Assembly (NCBI GenBank): GCA_040954595.2
Contig: CM082579.2
Location: 6,995,625 to 7,059,624, forward strand
Length of the DNA stretch: 64,000 nt
From: Balanoglossus misakiensis
Lineage: Eukaryota; Animalia; Hemichordata
Direction: 5' to 3'
Within the stretch, counting starts at the first letter, position 1. The number at the start of each line of letters is the position of its first letter. Positions 49,718 through 61,500 of this stretch are shown here, in pieces. Made by a program: the position numbers and the translations under genes. Below the pieces are notes generated by a model. The model ran no database searches. It saw only the letters and a program-made list of their open reading frames with translations, and was not told the origin of the DNA.

Positions 49718-52473
49718 ATGGCGATGGCGTCGTTCAGACTTTCGCGGCTGCTGTGCCTTTTCTGCTTCGCCGCTGGAACGGGCGTGGTCGCGGTGGAAGA
49801 CGACGGGACGATCGACGTCTTTAGGGCGTTTAGCGTCGTGGAGTGCGCGGCTCGCTGTCTAAGCACCGCGGACTGCGAAACCTATTCCTACCGGAGAGGA
49901 ACGAGTGTTTGTGAACTACTTGACGTGCCGTACGAAGCCGTTGCCGAGACCGACGAGGATCCTTTTATCAGATACTTTCGACGCCCGGAACAGGTGAGGT
50001 CCAATCTCGGTTTGGGATGTGTTTGCTTTCAGTTGAGTTTTCGAAGCTCCCGCCCATAGCCATGACAAAGTAAGACCACCGAATAAGAGAAGTAATGCGA
50101 CCAATCTTTAATAAAAAAAGTCAAGTCGAATATAAACCGATGCATTGGATCTATTCTCGACAAGTATGATGTCTGTGATAGTTTTGCAGTGGATTCCCAG
50201 AACCTCGGGTCACTTGAAGAAACCCAATATTTGTATTCTACAGTCGAATGCAAGTTCTTCACGAACAACTTCCATCCAACTTGTAGACAGGAGAGTGAAA
50301 AACTCGCCAAAATAAATAATTGGTGTTTACCGTTTATTCATTTGGGCAAGATTTTTACTCTCACATCCACAGGCGCGTGTATAGATGCTATTTCAGTTTT
50401 TTTATGAATAAATCAGTAGCTTAGACGATCCCCCGAATTTGCGTCAAACGAGCGCTCTCGCTATGTTCGGGCCTAGGCCTATACCCCACTGACACGTATG
50501 AAATAGCATCTATACACGCGCCTGTGCTCACATCCTATACAAACGGGATGTAAGTTGTGTTTGGTCGAACGTTGATTTACTATATATCCACATGTAGAAT
50601 AACATAAACGGTGTCTTGTATCAAACATAATTAATGGAAAAGGGACAGATAGAGAGAGACTTTGCCCCTTTAATGTCGCAATGAAGAAAGGCAGTCACTT
50701 GTAGTCAGTCATACTCTGTTTCCACAGGACACATTTGATCATCGGTCTGCTTTCTGCATGTCACATCCATGCCATAACGGCGGCATCTGTGAAGCTGACT
50801 GTGGTACGGGCGGATACGTTTGCCGGTGTAACGCCCTCTGGACGGGAAGGAATTGCCAACACAAAGTGGAATACGGTGAGAATACAGTGGCGTTGTGCGT
50901 GTATTTGTTCCCATTTATAGCATCCATTTGTAACCGAACTCATTGCTCCAAGGGAGGCCCCTCCCTAAAAGTGCATGGGTAATACGATTACATTTTGTGA
51001 AACCAATAATTATGCCCAGTTTTAGTATGAAGGCAATCTTTTTAATGTGTGCTTCCGGTCGGAAATCTGTCATTTACGGTTCGGCATTTGTTGAAATTTC
51101 GAAGTCGAAAATGTGTACCATGCTGGCCATGTTACATTTACGGCCCACTTTACGGCATTTCCGGCACAATCATATAGTTTTTTCTAACTATAAGTTGCCA
51201 TGGTTCCCGTAAGTTAATTGGGACATCTTTATAATCCAGGGAAATTTTTTTCATGGTGGAAAAACAACTTAAAAAAACACGTAAACATCATATCTCATAC
51301 TTATATTTAAAAGCCATAATTATATTTAAATATTAGAACCTTGAACTGGACGTCCTTCATGTACAACGCATATTGATGTTGGAACCCTCGATCTTCTTCC
51401 GTTTACTTTCCATGCAACCTTCGTGGGTTTTTTAATCTGGCATGGTCATTTGTCTCAATTAAAAAAGATATTTTCCTAAATGCATAGTACGAAATCGATA
51501 GGAATCCATCAACTGTATGTAGTACCCAATTCATGGCACTGAGCAATCACTGATAAAGCACTTATTGTTTGTATTTTGTTGTTCGATTTTAGAATATTTC
51601 CTCGGACCTGTCGTTGCAGACGTAGACGGCGCCGAGTCTGTGGCCCCCTGTCCGCCGGGGATGACGACAATGTCGTGCAGGTGCGACCAAGAACTGTGTG
51701 ACGGTGTCAAGTACATATATGGTTCCGTCTGCGTATCAGTGAACGCCGACATCCCCGATGGCATCTCGGCCAGGGTAGGACAAATTAAGATTTAAGTTTT
51801 CATAAATTTTGTATATTTGACTTCGTTATTGTTACTTCCAGGTTTACGGAGCTCTAAAAAGTTTAGGGTCGGCGGGTTAAAATTAGGGTAGGTCGGGTAA
51901 TCGGAAGAGATTATACGGGAGAAATATGTACAACCTGGCGCATAAGTGTGTTTAATCAATAGTTAAAAAAAACTAACGCGGTATTATTCGTTTCTGATTC
52001 CTGAAGGCTATTGTTGGGTGTTTAAATGGTATTCATGACGTCATCACCGTCCAATCGGGCGTTGTTCTTCAACCTGTCATAAACGCTACATGCCCACGTG
52101 ACACTTATCTTGTCTCCTGCGGTGTACACGACGAGTAAGTATAAACACGAATGGAGTTTTTTTATATTTAATAACGTTCAATTATATTTTGATATATTAA
52201 AATTTACATGTACAATTTATGCAATTTTGCTCTGAATTGTTCGGATTATCATGGCTCTTTGTGAATACTACCGATATAACACCAAAGCAAGATCTTTCTC
52301 AGATTCAACACTGCGTTTTCACAAACAGGTACACGCACCGTATCTCTGGTGATTGGCGACAAAAGTACGGCATTGGGCTGATGGATGGGTCTATGTGCTA
52401 CTGGATGTGGGAAAGATGTGGCGGTTATCCCACTTATGGCTGTGAAGTTTACGCAAGATGCTATCGAAGTTGA
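49718..52473 (+). CDS. Uncharacterised secreted protein: signal peptide, PAN/apple-like domain, EGF domain and two Cys-rich PCSK9-C-terminal/resistin-like modules; 5 exons
   Basis: Exons 49718-49993, 50728-50875, 51593-51774, 52007-52134 and 52329-52473 join in frame. PAN-like SVVECAARCLSTADCETYSY....CEL; EGF CMSHPCHNGGIC...YVCRC...WTGRNC; repeats SVAPCPPGMTTMSC...ARAIVGC and INATCPRDTYLVSC...VYARC. Confidence 0.85.
50368..50526. mobile_element. 159-bp MITE with perfect 28-bp TIRs and an 8-bp TSD (P- or hAT-type)
   Basis: TIR cacaggcgcgtgtatagatgctatttca / tgaaatagcatctatacacgcgcctgtg. CTCACATC is duplicated at 50360-50367 and 50527-50534. Confidence 0.92.
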
Positions 52474-52814
52474 TTTTGAATTTTTGATCTCGATAACTTA
52501 TAAAGTTATTGAATGTGTGATATGTGTTAGATTGTGAATTTGTTGAACTTAGGGCAAACTGTGATTACTTTACTCGGCCAACGACATTCATTTTTTATAT
52601 ATTTTTTTATATCGAAGTTCACAATATTCTTTGTGACTTAATTGTTGAAATTACGTTTCGTGTATGTTTCACATTTTACGATCGGATTTTATCGATGCAT
52701 TAATGTTATCTTTTTCACGATGCCCTAGTTGCAATGACTGTAGCCGGTGCAGCTATAAAGTGCTGGGTTGACGCCAATTGCGCCCTCAAGAATTTTAAGT
52801 TTTGTGCTTTCTAG

Positions 52815-53153
52815 TTTCGCACTAGTTTAATCCGCCCTCGTGAACAGTACTTTCACATCATTTCTGCTCCGTACTCATACATAATCAATACAAGTAATTT
52901 GCGCAAATCTCCCTCTAAACATATATAAATGTCACTCATTCATGTACGCTAATCTCATACATTCATGTATACTAATATTAAACACGATGGCTTAAACACT
53001 TACTTAATATCGTCATGATTTCGCACTAGTTTAATCCGCCCTCGTGACCAGTACTTTCACAACATTTCTGATCTGTTTTCATGAATAATCAATACATAAA
53101 CTTTACACAAATCTCCCTGATATAAATGTCACTCATTCATGTATACTGATCTC
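52815..53153. repeat. Diverged direct repeat, two copies of ~135 bp with a period of ~204 bp
   Basis: tttcgcactagtttaatccgccctcgtga.cagtactttcac...tataaatgtcactcattcatgta begins at 52815 and at 53019. Confidence 0.85.
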
Positions 53154-54032
53154 CTTGCGGTATCTTTGTATGCTTTTAACGAACCGTTTTGACTAAAAGC
53201 TATACTCACGGGAAAGATTTCGCTGCATGAATGCGAATGTGGCGCCCAGGAATATGATGAAACAGAGTCATAGCAGGCCAATCAATTACATTCATGTTGC
53301 TGAAGGATACCCATGAAAGATTCTTTTCGCGCCCAACTTGAAATCGCCGTATTTTCCCGCGGTCATGGCGCTAAGCTCTATTCATCATTCTGTTACCGTG
53401 TTATCCATGCGGATGGGGGAAACTTTCGTTGCCATGACTCTAGTTGCCTCGAAACATCCCAGGCGACAGTCTTTACAGCAATACTTTAATAATTGAAACT
53501 TCATCACAGACATTTAACGCAGCATATTGAGGTGTCAAAATCCACGGACTCTATAACATCTTAAGCGAAACTAGTCCCAGCCGTAGACACTTTCAATCGA
53601 TTTAAAAGCACAAACAAAACTGCGTGTTTAGACGTGGATGTCATTCACATCGATTTCTAAACAGGACAATTTTATGGTAAGCACGGGGTTATCTTAGCTG
53701 TGGGGACGCGATATGTACAATTGTTTCATTATGTTCTACTGTATTCATACTATACACATGGAGTAGCACGCGGTATTTTCCCGGGAGATCGTCCAAACAT
53801 TGATGCCTGATTGAGATAAGGGTTCGTGCCGTGTAAACTCCAAGTATTATAATCCTTTCAAAATCTACCGACAAGAAACATATAAAATATCCGTCATCTC
53901 TTCATATGGACATCAAAGGCAGAATATTGAAATATAGGTGAATTTTGCCTTTGATTCGCGTTCAAGGTCTAACCGCATCTAAATTCAAGATCTACAGATT
54001 CCTTGCACAAAAAAGTTCGCATTCTCTCGGTC

Positions 54033-55508
54033 TTAAATCTTACAGCGACAGAAGATGCGATGGAGTGATCGGCGAAACTCTTTGACCGAATACGCATAGC
54101 ATATCGGATCTATGGCGCTGTTTATGTAGTACATGAAGTAAACGATATTGAACAGCGTTGCGTTGTAGAGGGGCGGGTAGATACTCGATATCATAATCAC
54201 TGTGTTGTACGGCACCATACAGAAGGCTACCGCCAAGACTAGGGTCGTCACAGTCCTCAAAGCCTTGTTTTCAGCGTGCGCGATTTTATCTCTCCTGAGT
54301 CGGTCGCGCTTGGCGGCGCCTTTCTCATTCCGTCGCCCGTCGTTCGCTTTATCATCTCGCGGGGGAAACGCTGACTGTTCTCTGGTCTTCGCAGGCTGGC
54401 CGTCTGACGCTTTGCCGTCACCTTCTACCGCGGCTACCTCCTCATTGTTTGGATCAGCGTCGACCTTGCTGCTGCAGACTGGCCTGTTGCTTGAGAAACT
54501 TACACCGGCACAAATTTCGTCGGCTAAGTTTGTAAATGCGGGATTGGCGTATGTTTGAGAAGATTTTGAAATTGTTCTTTCAGTTTCGTTGTCAGCAGGC
54601 ATTCTAGCATTACTTTTACTTGGCTCGATAGAAACTCCACTTGGTGAATTAGATCTTTCACCATCTAATTCAACGGAAGTTTGGACTTCATGCTGGAGGG
54701 AGCATATTCGTTCACTCTCCACGGGCGATTCATCTGTACTCTTCCCGGCGGTTGATCGCGCAATATCTTGCCGGTATTCCTTCTGTCGACGTCGCGTCGC
54801 CACTCGCTTGGCAACGGAGTATATGCGGACGTACAACACGGCCATGACTGTCACCGGCACCCAGAATCCCAGCATCGTCTGCGTCCAAATGAACCAGGTG
54901 TGGTTGAGGTAGTCGATTTTGCACTCCTCTGCCGGGAACTCGTAATGCCCTCGAAGCAAAGGCCACAACAAGACGGGTATTACGTACACCACTATGGAGA
55001 TGAGCCAAGTCACGGAGATGAGGGCCAGTACCCGTCTGGATGTTGCCGTCGCCCGGTGTCGCAAGGGATCCTGCAACGACTGGTAGCGGTCGACGCTGAT
55101 GTTGATTATGGAGAAGAGGGCAAGGGGGCAAACCAAGTAGTCGACGAGCAGAAAAATTGTACAAGCCACCCTCCCAAGTGGCCAGTGACCTGTCGCCAAA
55201 AACAAAGTAAACCCGGGCACCGACCACAGCCCGACTACGAAGTCGGCCACCGCCAGATTGATGACGTAAAAATAACTCGGCTTGCGAAGTTGGCGATTGC
55301 AACTGAAAGTGTAAATCACCACCAGATTACTGATGACGATAAACAGGCTCAGCAGGCAGCCGGCGACGGCTATCGCGACAAACCGCAGACGGAACGCACC
55401 GGGGCTCGCTGCACTGTCGATGTCGGACCCGTTCAGGGTCAAGTTCGACTCTGTCGCGTTCTGAATCAGCAGACATGTCTCGTTCACGACAGTTGCATTC
55501 GGAGACAT
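54033..55508 (-). CDS. Intronless class A aminergic GPCR, muscarinic/histamine-receptor-like (491 aa)
   Basis: Seven hydrophobic segments; N-glycosylated N-terminus; TM2 LAVAD; ECL1 WPLG..C; TM3 DY and DRY; TM4 W; TM5 FWVP..Y; long ICL3 ending ENKALRT; TM6 PYN; TM7 YINS.IDPICY; helix 8 EFR and C-terminal Cys. Confidence 0.93.
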   Translation of the reverse strand: MSPNATVVNETCLLIQNATESNLTLNGSDIDSAASPGAFRLRFVAIAVAGCLLSLFIVISNLVVIYTFSCNRQLRKPSYFYVINLAVADFVVGLWSVPGFTLFLATGHWPLGRVACTIFLLVDYLVCPLALFSIINISVDRYQSLQDPLRHRATATSRRVLALISVTWLISIVVYVIPVLLWPLLRGHYEFPAEECKIDYLNHTWFIWTQTMLGFWVPVTVMAVLYVRIYSVAKRVATRRRQKEYRQDIARSTAGKSTDESPVESERICSLQHEVQTSVELDGERSNSPSGVSIEPSKSNARMPADNETERTISKSSQTYANPAFTNLADEICAGVSFSSNRPVCSSKVDADPNNEEVAAVEGDGKASDGQPAKTREQSAFPPRDDKANDGRRNEKGAAKRDRLRRDKIAHAENKALRTVTTLVLAVAFCMVPYNTVIMISSIYPPLYNATLFNIVYFMYYINSAIDPICYAYSVKEFRRSLHRIFCRCKI

Positions 55509-56498
55509 AGCGAGGTTTTGCGCAATGCGATTTATCCGAGAGAGGGATCACGAACCGATAACACCTCTGTCGATATTTCAGACACACTCAACTCGTCCGA
55601 ACTAAACACTGCATCTCCATCGTCACATTACTGCACACACGTCAATAGCCTATCAGAATCTGACAACTGCCTTGTACTAGAAAGTGTATAATTATCATTA
55701 CTTTATGAGCACGGGTGTTTTGCGCGCGCAACCAATCACACAAGCTGCCCTGGTGTCACCCAAACCCATTATCCGCGTAATTTTTCCCACTGGCCACGCC
55801 TACCTTCTCGCAAAAGAAAAAAAAGTTGTATGGATATCAACGATTTTTTTTCTCCGATGTAACTTTATCCTCCATAGAGTGACGCACTACTTCTAGTATG
55901 TCATATCTTCTCAGTCCGTTCCCATAGTGCCAAAGTTTGCTTCAGGCCTCTGACAAGAAACTGAATAGTGTTACTTTGCTGATTTATAGCTCGCCTTGAT
56001 ATTTAAATCGATCTGTCATTCCTAAACATAAACAGCATTTTGCAATGTTCCAATGCTGTCCAGTCATTCTTCCGTTTCCATGTTGTTTGTCAGCCAGGCT
56101 GCCCCCTGGACGTCCCCTGGTGGTGGATCGTTCTCGTATTCAGCAATGCATTAAATGTTACCAGTGTTAAACATGTTTGTTGTAATATATGGTGATGTAG
56201 AGTGTAACTGGTAAACTGCAGGTAGTTCACAGCGGATGACATATAAACTTTTTCGATTTTAGCCACATACATTGTATATGGATATTTTTTTCACCTTGAT
56301 AGCCATGTATATACTTTGTGATTTAATGAGTATCCGTGGTTATCACTCTGGGGAAGTCAATTTATGGCGGGGTATTTTGTATACACGAAGTCATTTACAA
56401 AAACGTATGTTTAGCTGGTTAGACCCACGAAATCAGTACATAACAAAGTGCAGAAATAATAGTATTAATCATGCCATGTTCGGAGTTCGCAGTATAAG

Positions 56499-56694
56499 CA
56501 ATACAATACAATACAATACAATACAATACAATACAATACAATACAATACAATACAATACAATACAATACAATACAATACAATACAATACAATACAATACA
56601 ATACAATACAATACAATACAATACAATACAATACAATACAATACAATACAATACAATTCAATACAATACAACAATACAATACAATACAATACAA
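56499..56694. repeat. (AATAC)n pentanucleotide microsatellite
   Basis: About 38 nearly perfect CAATA units read directly from the sequence. Confidence 0.98.
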
Positions 56695-58530
56695 CTGGAG
56701 CATGATGACATACGAGTTTTATGCGGCTGAAAATAATTGACCTGGTTATTACGCAAAAGAGTTCAAGAAACAAAAAACTTATTTTATATTTATAGTATCC
56801 TGGTCACCAATTAATAATTGAAAATCTCATCACTAACGTAACATACTCTGACGCGTTAGGAACGGCGCCCAGAGAACATAATAAATGATTACCAATCGTA
56901 CACCCATTGTCACGAGACGCAGAATAGAGTTCGATTGAGGTCAGTGGTTTTAGGTTTTATGATTCGCGATTAAATATTAAACCCAATCAGCTAACTGCAT
57001 CTACGTTGCTCGCCTGTGTAGCATAAGTCGAACGATATAATTAACACAGTTTGTTTTCGTATGACAGAGTTCGATATCTATCTCAGGTGAGTACATCAGT
57101 GCGGGTCTTATACCTATTCCATTGAGTGTAATTGCATAATCAGACGGATATCTTGACTGCAATGTTGTCTGATTCTTGCATGGAATACGGCTTCTTGTTT
57201 TGAAGTTGAGAAGTCAACACAATCACTGATTATCGCCCTGTTGATCTCGAACTGGCGTCTTTCGATCGCTCATTGTACGTGCCATTGATTGATGACCGCG
57301 ACGTCACAATCATCATCATCACCATCACTGGTGCATACAAGCAAGTAAGTAAGCAGGCACTTGCGTTTGCTTCCAGCGATGTCTATTAAAAATACAAACC
57401 ACTTTTATAATATTGCCTCTGTTTTTTGCAGTTGTTTTCTCGAACTGTGGCAAACATAAATACGATTTGACGGTGCCTGTTTCAGCAACGGCCAATTTCA
57501 TCGATCGACATGAAAATTTTTAATTGCGTCACTTGAGATAGTGTTACTTCATTTGCATGATACTCTACTTTTTCTCTGATTCCGTAAGCATATCAAACGT
57601 TATACGGGTAAATGTCATGTTGCCAATGTGCCCCGCTCACCGCATCATTTGCACACCTGAAATGTTACAACAGGTGCCGGTATGTTCGTTCCACTACAAT
57701 AACAAGGCCTTTGATCGATAACCTTTGACATCTTCTCCAGGGACCAGTCACTTTGAAACGTTTACAGGGTTTACGGCGTTTGTATGTTTGAATCAACCTT
57801 TGTAGAAAACATACACTAATTAATAAGACGTTCTAAATCAGCAACGGTTAGTTCAGCGTGCTGCGACACGACAATTTTACTTTGATCCTAGTGTTGAGAC
57901 ATTTTCAATGTAAAACATGTCATTTTTTATCTGTATAATGCATTCATATCACATCGTGGCCGCTTTTAATTTCATATCTCTAATGAACGCCAAACGACCG
58001 AAGATCAAACACTAAAATGGTGTCTGGCCACGTCACCCTAGCCTAAGCTTGTGTGTACATGTAGTATACTATAATTATGGTCTCGTGATCTCGGGTGTGG
58101 TAGGGGGCAATGTCCCTGGCTTGATAAGCACACTTACCAATCAGATATGACAGGATAATAGCACCTTGCTGATATAAGTTCAAGGACATTCCAACAAATC
58201 AATACAATTATAGTTGGTCAGCTAGACTTTAGCAAAGTAAATAGCAGATTATTGTGAAGATTCATGATTTTTTAAACAGATTCTATGAGTTTGGCAGCAT
58301 GTATACACAACTACACCACGAGAGAATCATGGTGGATTCTGTTACACTCACGGTATTTACAAACATTTGAAAAGTGAGGGCATTTTGTAGAGAATGGTAG
58401 ACAGTGCGTTGCAGTCGCTTATAGTACCACATTGCCGACACGAGCATCCATTGAGGCAGTACAGTTGGTTCAACAACAGGATGTCACGGAGTTTTCCTCT
58501 GTTGCAGCTTTTAAACGAACCAATGAGAAT

Positions 58531-61500
58531 ATGCGGTACATAACATTAGGGTCGCTATTCATACTGGTATCATCAACGCAGTCGTCGTCACCCGACTACC
58601 AGAGTTTTCACAAATATTGGTCCTATGAGGAAAATATCAATTCTTGCGCCACTGGACGATACCGGAAGGAAGTTCCAGGTCCGGAGAAAGATCTACATGG
58701 GCTGGTGAGTACTGGATCTTCTCATGGCAGTTACATGAAATTCGCTAGACAAATCATGGATTCTCAGTCGTTGCGTACAAGAATTTGTCCTCTGTGCGCG
58801 ATCAGTGCCAGTGATACGGGGTATTCTGAATATGCTTTCTGTACCAAGGTGAAGAATGTCACCATACCATGCGCAGCAAAAATATGTATTTGAAACCGAT
58901 AACTGGTAAATTCACCTTCACTCCACATAAATCTGCAACCCTTCATTATTAAATCATGTTACGACACGCTGGCCGTTCAGTTCCGAAACAGGGCAGTGAG
59001 CAAATAGACTTTCTGAATGGCCCGCTTTGGTGAACCAACCAGCGCAGCACGCAATACACCACACGTTATTTCCTTGCTTATGGAAACTTTTAATTATACT
59101 ACAACTAAACATTGGTAAATATAAAATGACTGTACACTGAGGAAAAAACACAGTAAAATAAATGGCTACCTTAAATGTGACCAGGTGTGTGAAATGAAAA
59201 ACTAAAGTCCAAGCTTCCAGCACCACGGCAGTCCCAACAGCGACGTTCAGTCCGAGTAGCGTTCTGGCACAATTCCCCGGTAGACGGCACGGCTTTCGGA
59301 CGAATTCCCCATGAGGTAGCACGACTTCTGGGCGCGGTTTCCAGACCAGGACAACATGAAACAACACGGCTTCTGGGCGCGGTTTCCAGACCAGTGCAGT
59401 GTACCAGGAATTAAAATAAGGCACAGCTTCCAAGCCGGCGAGGAACAGAACAGCTCACACGGGCAAGTCCAAATTAGTAGCTACGCCGCAACACAACGTG
59501 CGGGCTTTTTATATGGGGAAAATAATGAATGCACCACACCTGGTCACGCAAATATTCAAATTACGAAAGTAAGCGAAAACACACCTGGTCACAAAACAAC
59601 AGCAAACTTCTACGTAACAATCAATAAAACCTTTATTGACTTTTTTTTTCTTTCAAAAAACCGCAGTGTGAACCTTGGCGAAATAGGACGTGCTGTAACG
59701 CGGGAACAACTCTCGACATTCACGTCAAAGAACTGTGGGGTGGATTTACCTATAGTCACTGCGGTCAACTCTCACAGGCGTGTATGGATTACATGTTGAA
59801 AGATCTTTGTTTCTACGAGTGTTCACCGAATCTTGGGCCCTGGGTCGTCTACAAAGGAAACGGAAGTCCTCTACAGGTGGGTGATTTGCCACCGCCAGTC
59901 TCTTCCATGGTCATCATGATGAAGTACGGTTAAATTGCGTTTTCTCAAACGGGGATACACTACTCGGCCACCGTCTCCGTGCTTCGATTACTGATTACAG
60001 CATCCGTGTGAGTGCGAATCAAACTGTCCGGCCCACCTTACCACATGTATATACATAGCAAGCCATTTAACTGACATCTTCATGTTGCTCAGACGTGAGC
60101 AGGTAAAAGTCTATGTCACTACAACCCCAGGGAAACAGACATTCTATTTTCATACCACGTGACCGATTCTAGCAAATCACGTACATGTAAACGACACAGC
60201 ATGAGGTGTCACGTTGTTATAATGATGTTTTAATACTGGGGTTATTTGTTCGCCGAGGAACCCACGGAAGAGAGTGTTTTCAATCGTGATTTGTAACAGA
60301 GTCCCGCCCGTGTCCTTTTTTCTATTTCAGGAAAAAATACATTATCGTGAAGTCAGGTTCATGGGCATACCGCTATGTGAAACCGAGTGTTCGGAATGGT
60401 GGAAAGCATGTAGATACGATATGACCTGTGCAAGTAACTGGGAGACAGGACCCTGGAACTGGACATCTAGTAAATAGCCGACATTAAAAACGCCCACTTT
60501 CCATACTGTTAGGGCCTAGGCGGACGTGGGTGTGAACTTTGAAAGAAAAAAAACCTAAAAAAAACAGCAGCGAAACATCCAATAAATAAAAGTAAAACAT
60601 CATAGTCAGCAGACCTGTAATTCACTTTCTGGTTCGCTACCAACTAAGATAGTCCGTGAAAACAGTGCATTGGGGGGAGAGAGCATCACGAGATCCATTC
60701 AAAATTCCCAATGATGAGATAATATGTGCAGCGCCTGTAAATATTGGCACGCATATTATCAAAATTACCACTAATGGCGCTATTTTGACCATACTCCTAT
60801 TCGTTGACCAGACCAACATTTTGGCCTCTGACGAGTTAAGCGGCACTTTTTATAATGCGACGAGATTCCCGGAAATAACGGACTGGAATTCTAATTGATG
60901 ACTGACACATCTGCGAACATGACCCTGTGACAGACAGCATGGAAAGACAATATCAAGAAACGCGATCACATTTTTTTTTGTTTTCTAGGTCAAAATACCT
61001 GTACCCAAGAATGCCGGCCTATGGACGAATACTTCCACAATGCCAAAACGTTCTGTGAAGATATTTGGGGTGGGACTTACAAAATGGCACCGCGGGGCGA
61101 CGACAATTGCATGCTATTGTATTTTGAAGGCGAAAATCCAAATGATAAGGTAAATTGGTTCGTGTGGACAGTCTCCTGTGTATATGTGATGTATTACTGG
61201 CAAATACAGCCATTACACAGTGAAAACAGCATTAAAGGGGAAATCCGTCGTAGCTGATTTCTACATAATTTGGTAGCTTTGATGTCACTCTTTCAGAAAA
61301 AAACATATTCGCCATGTATAGGTCGCGCGATTTTTTACAAAATCTAGGGAAAGTTGGCAGAATTTCCAATATGGCGTTTACTGTAATTTGAATCATGGGA
61401 AAAAAAGCGCCAGGACCAACTTCCGCCCACCATGGTGTGGGTGATACCATTCTCCGATAGGTGTCACTGGGCGACAGACTAGGCGTATTTTCATAGCTAT

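Noticed and set aside
51850-51905. ttagggtcggcggg...ttagggtaggtcggg, telomere-like or G-quadruplex-like motif
   Set aside because: Only two isolated TTAGGG units. More likely a fragment of an interspersed repeat.
54768-55691. 307-aa plus-strand ORF opposite the GPCR
   Set aside because: An antisense shadow of a GC-rich coding exon, with no independent coding signal.
56272-56773. ORFs with NTIQY and CIVLY repeats; regular spacing superficially like an array
   Set aside because: These are translations of an (AATAC)n microsatellite. There are no spacers, so it is neither CRISPR nor a gene.
58954-59799. ORFs of 159 aa (minus) and 147 aa (plus) in the folate-receptor intron
   Set aside because: They lie within the solo LTR or out of frame over exon 2, and show no gag, pol or other domain motifs.
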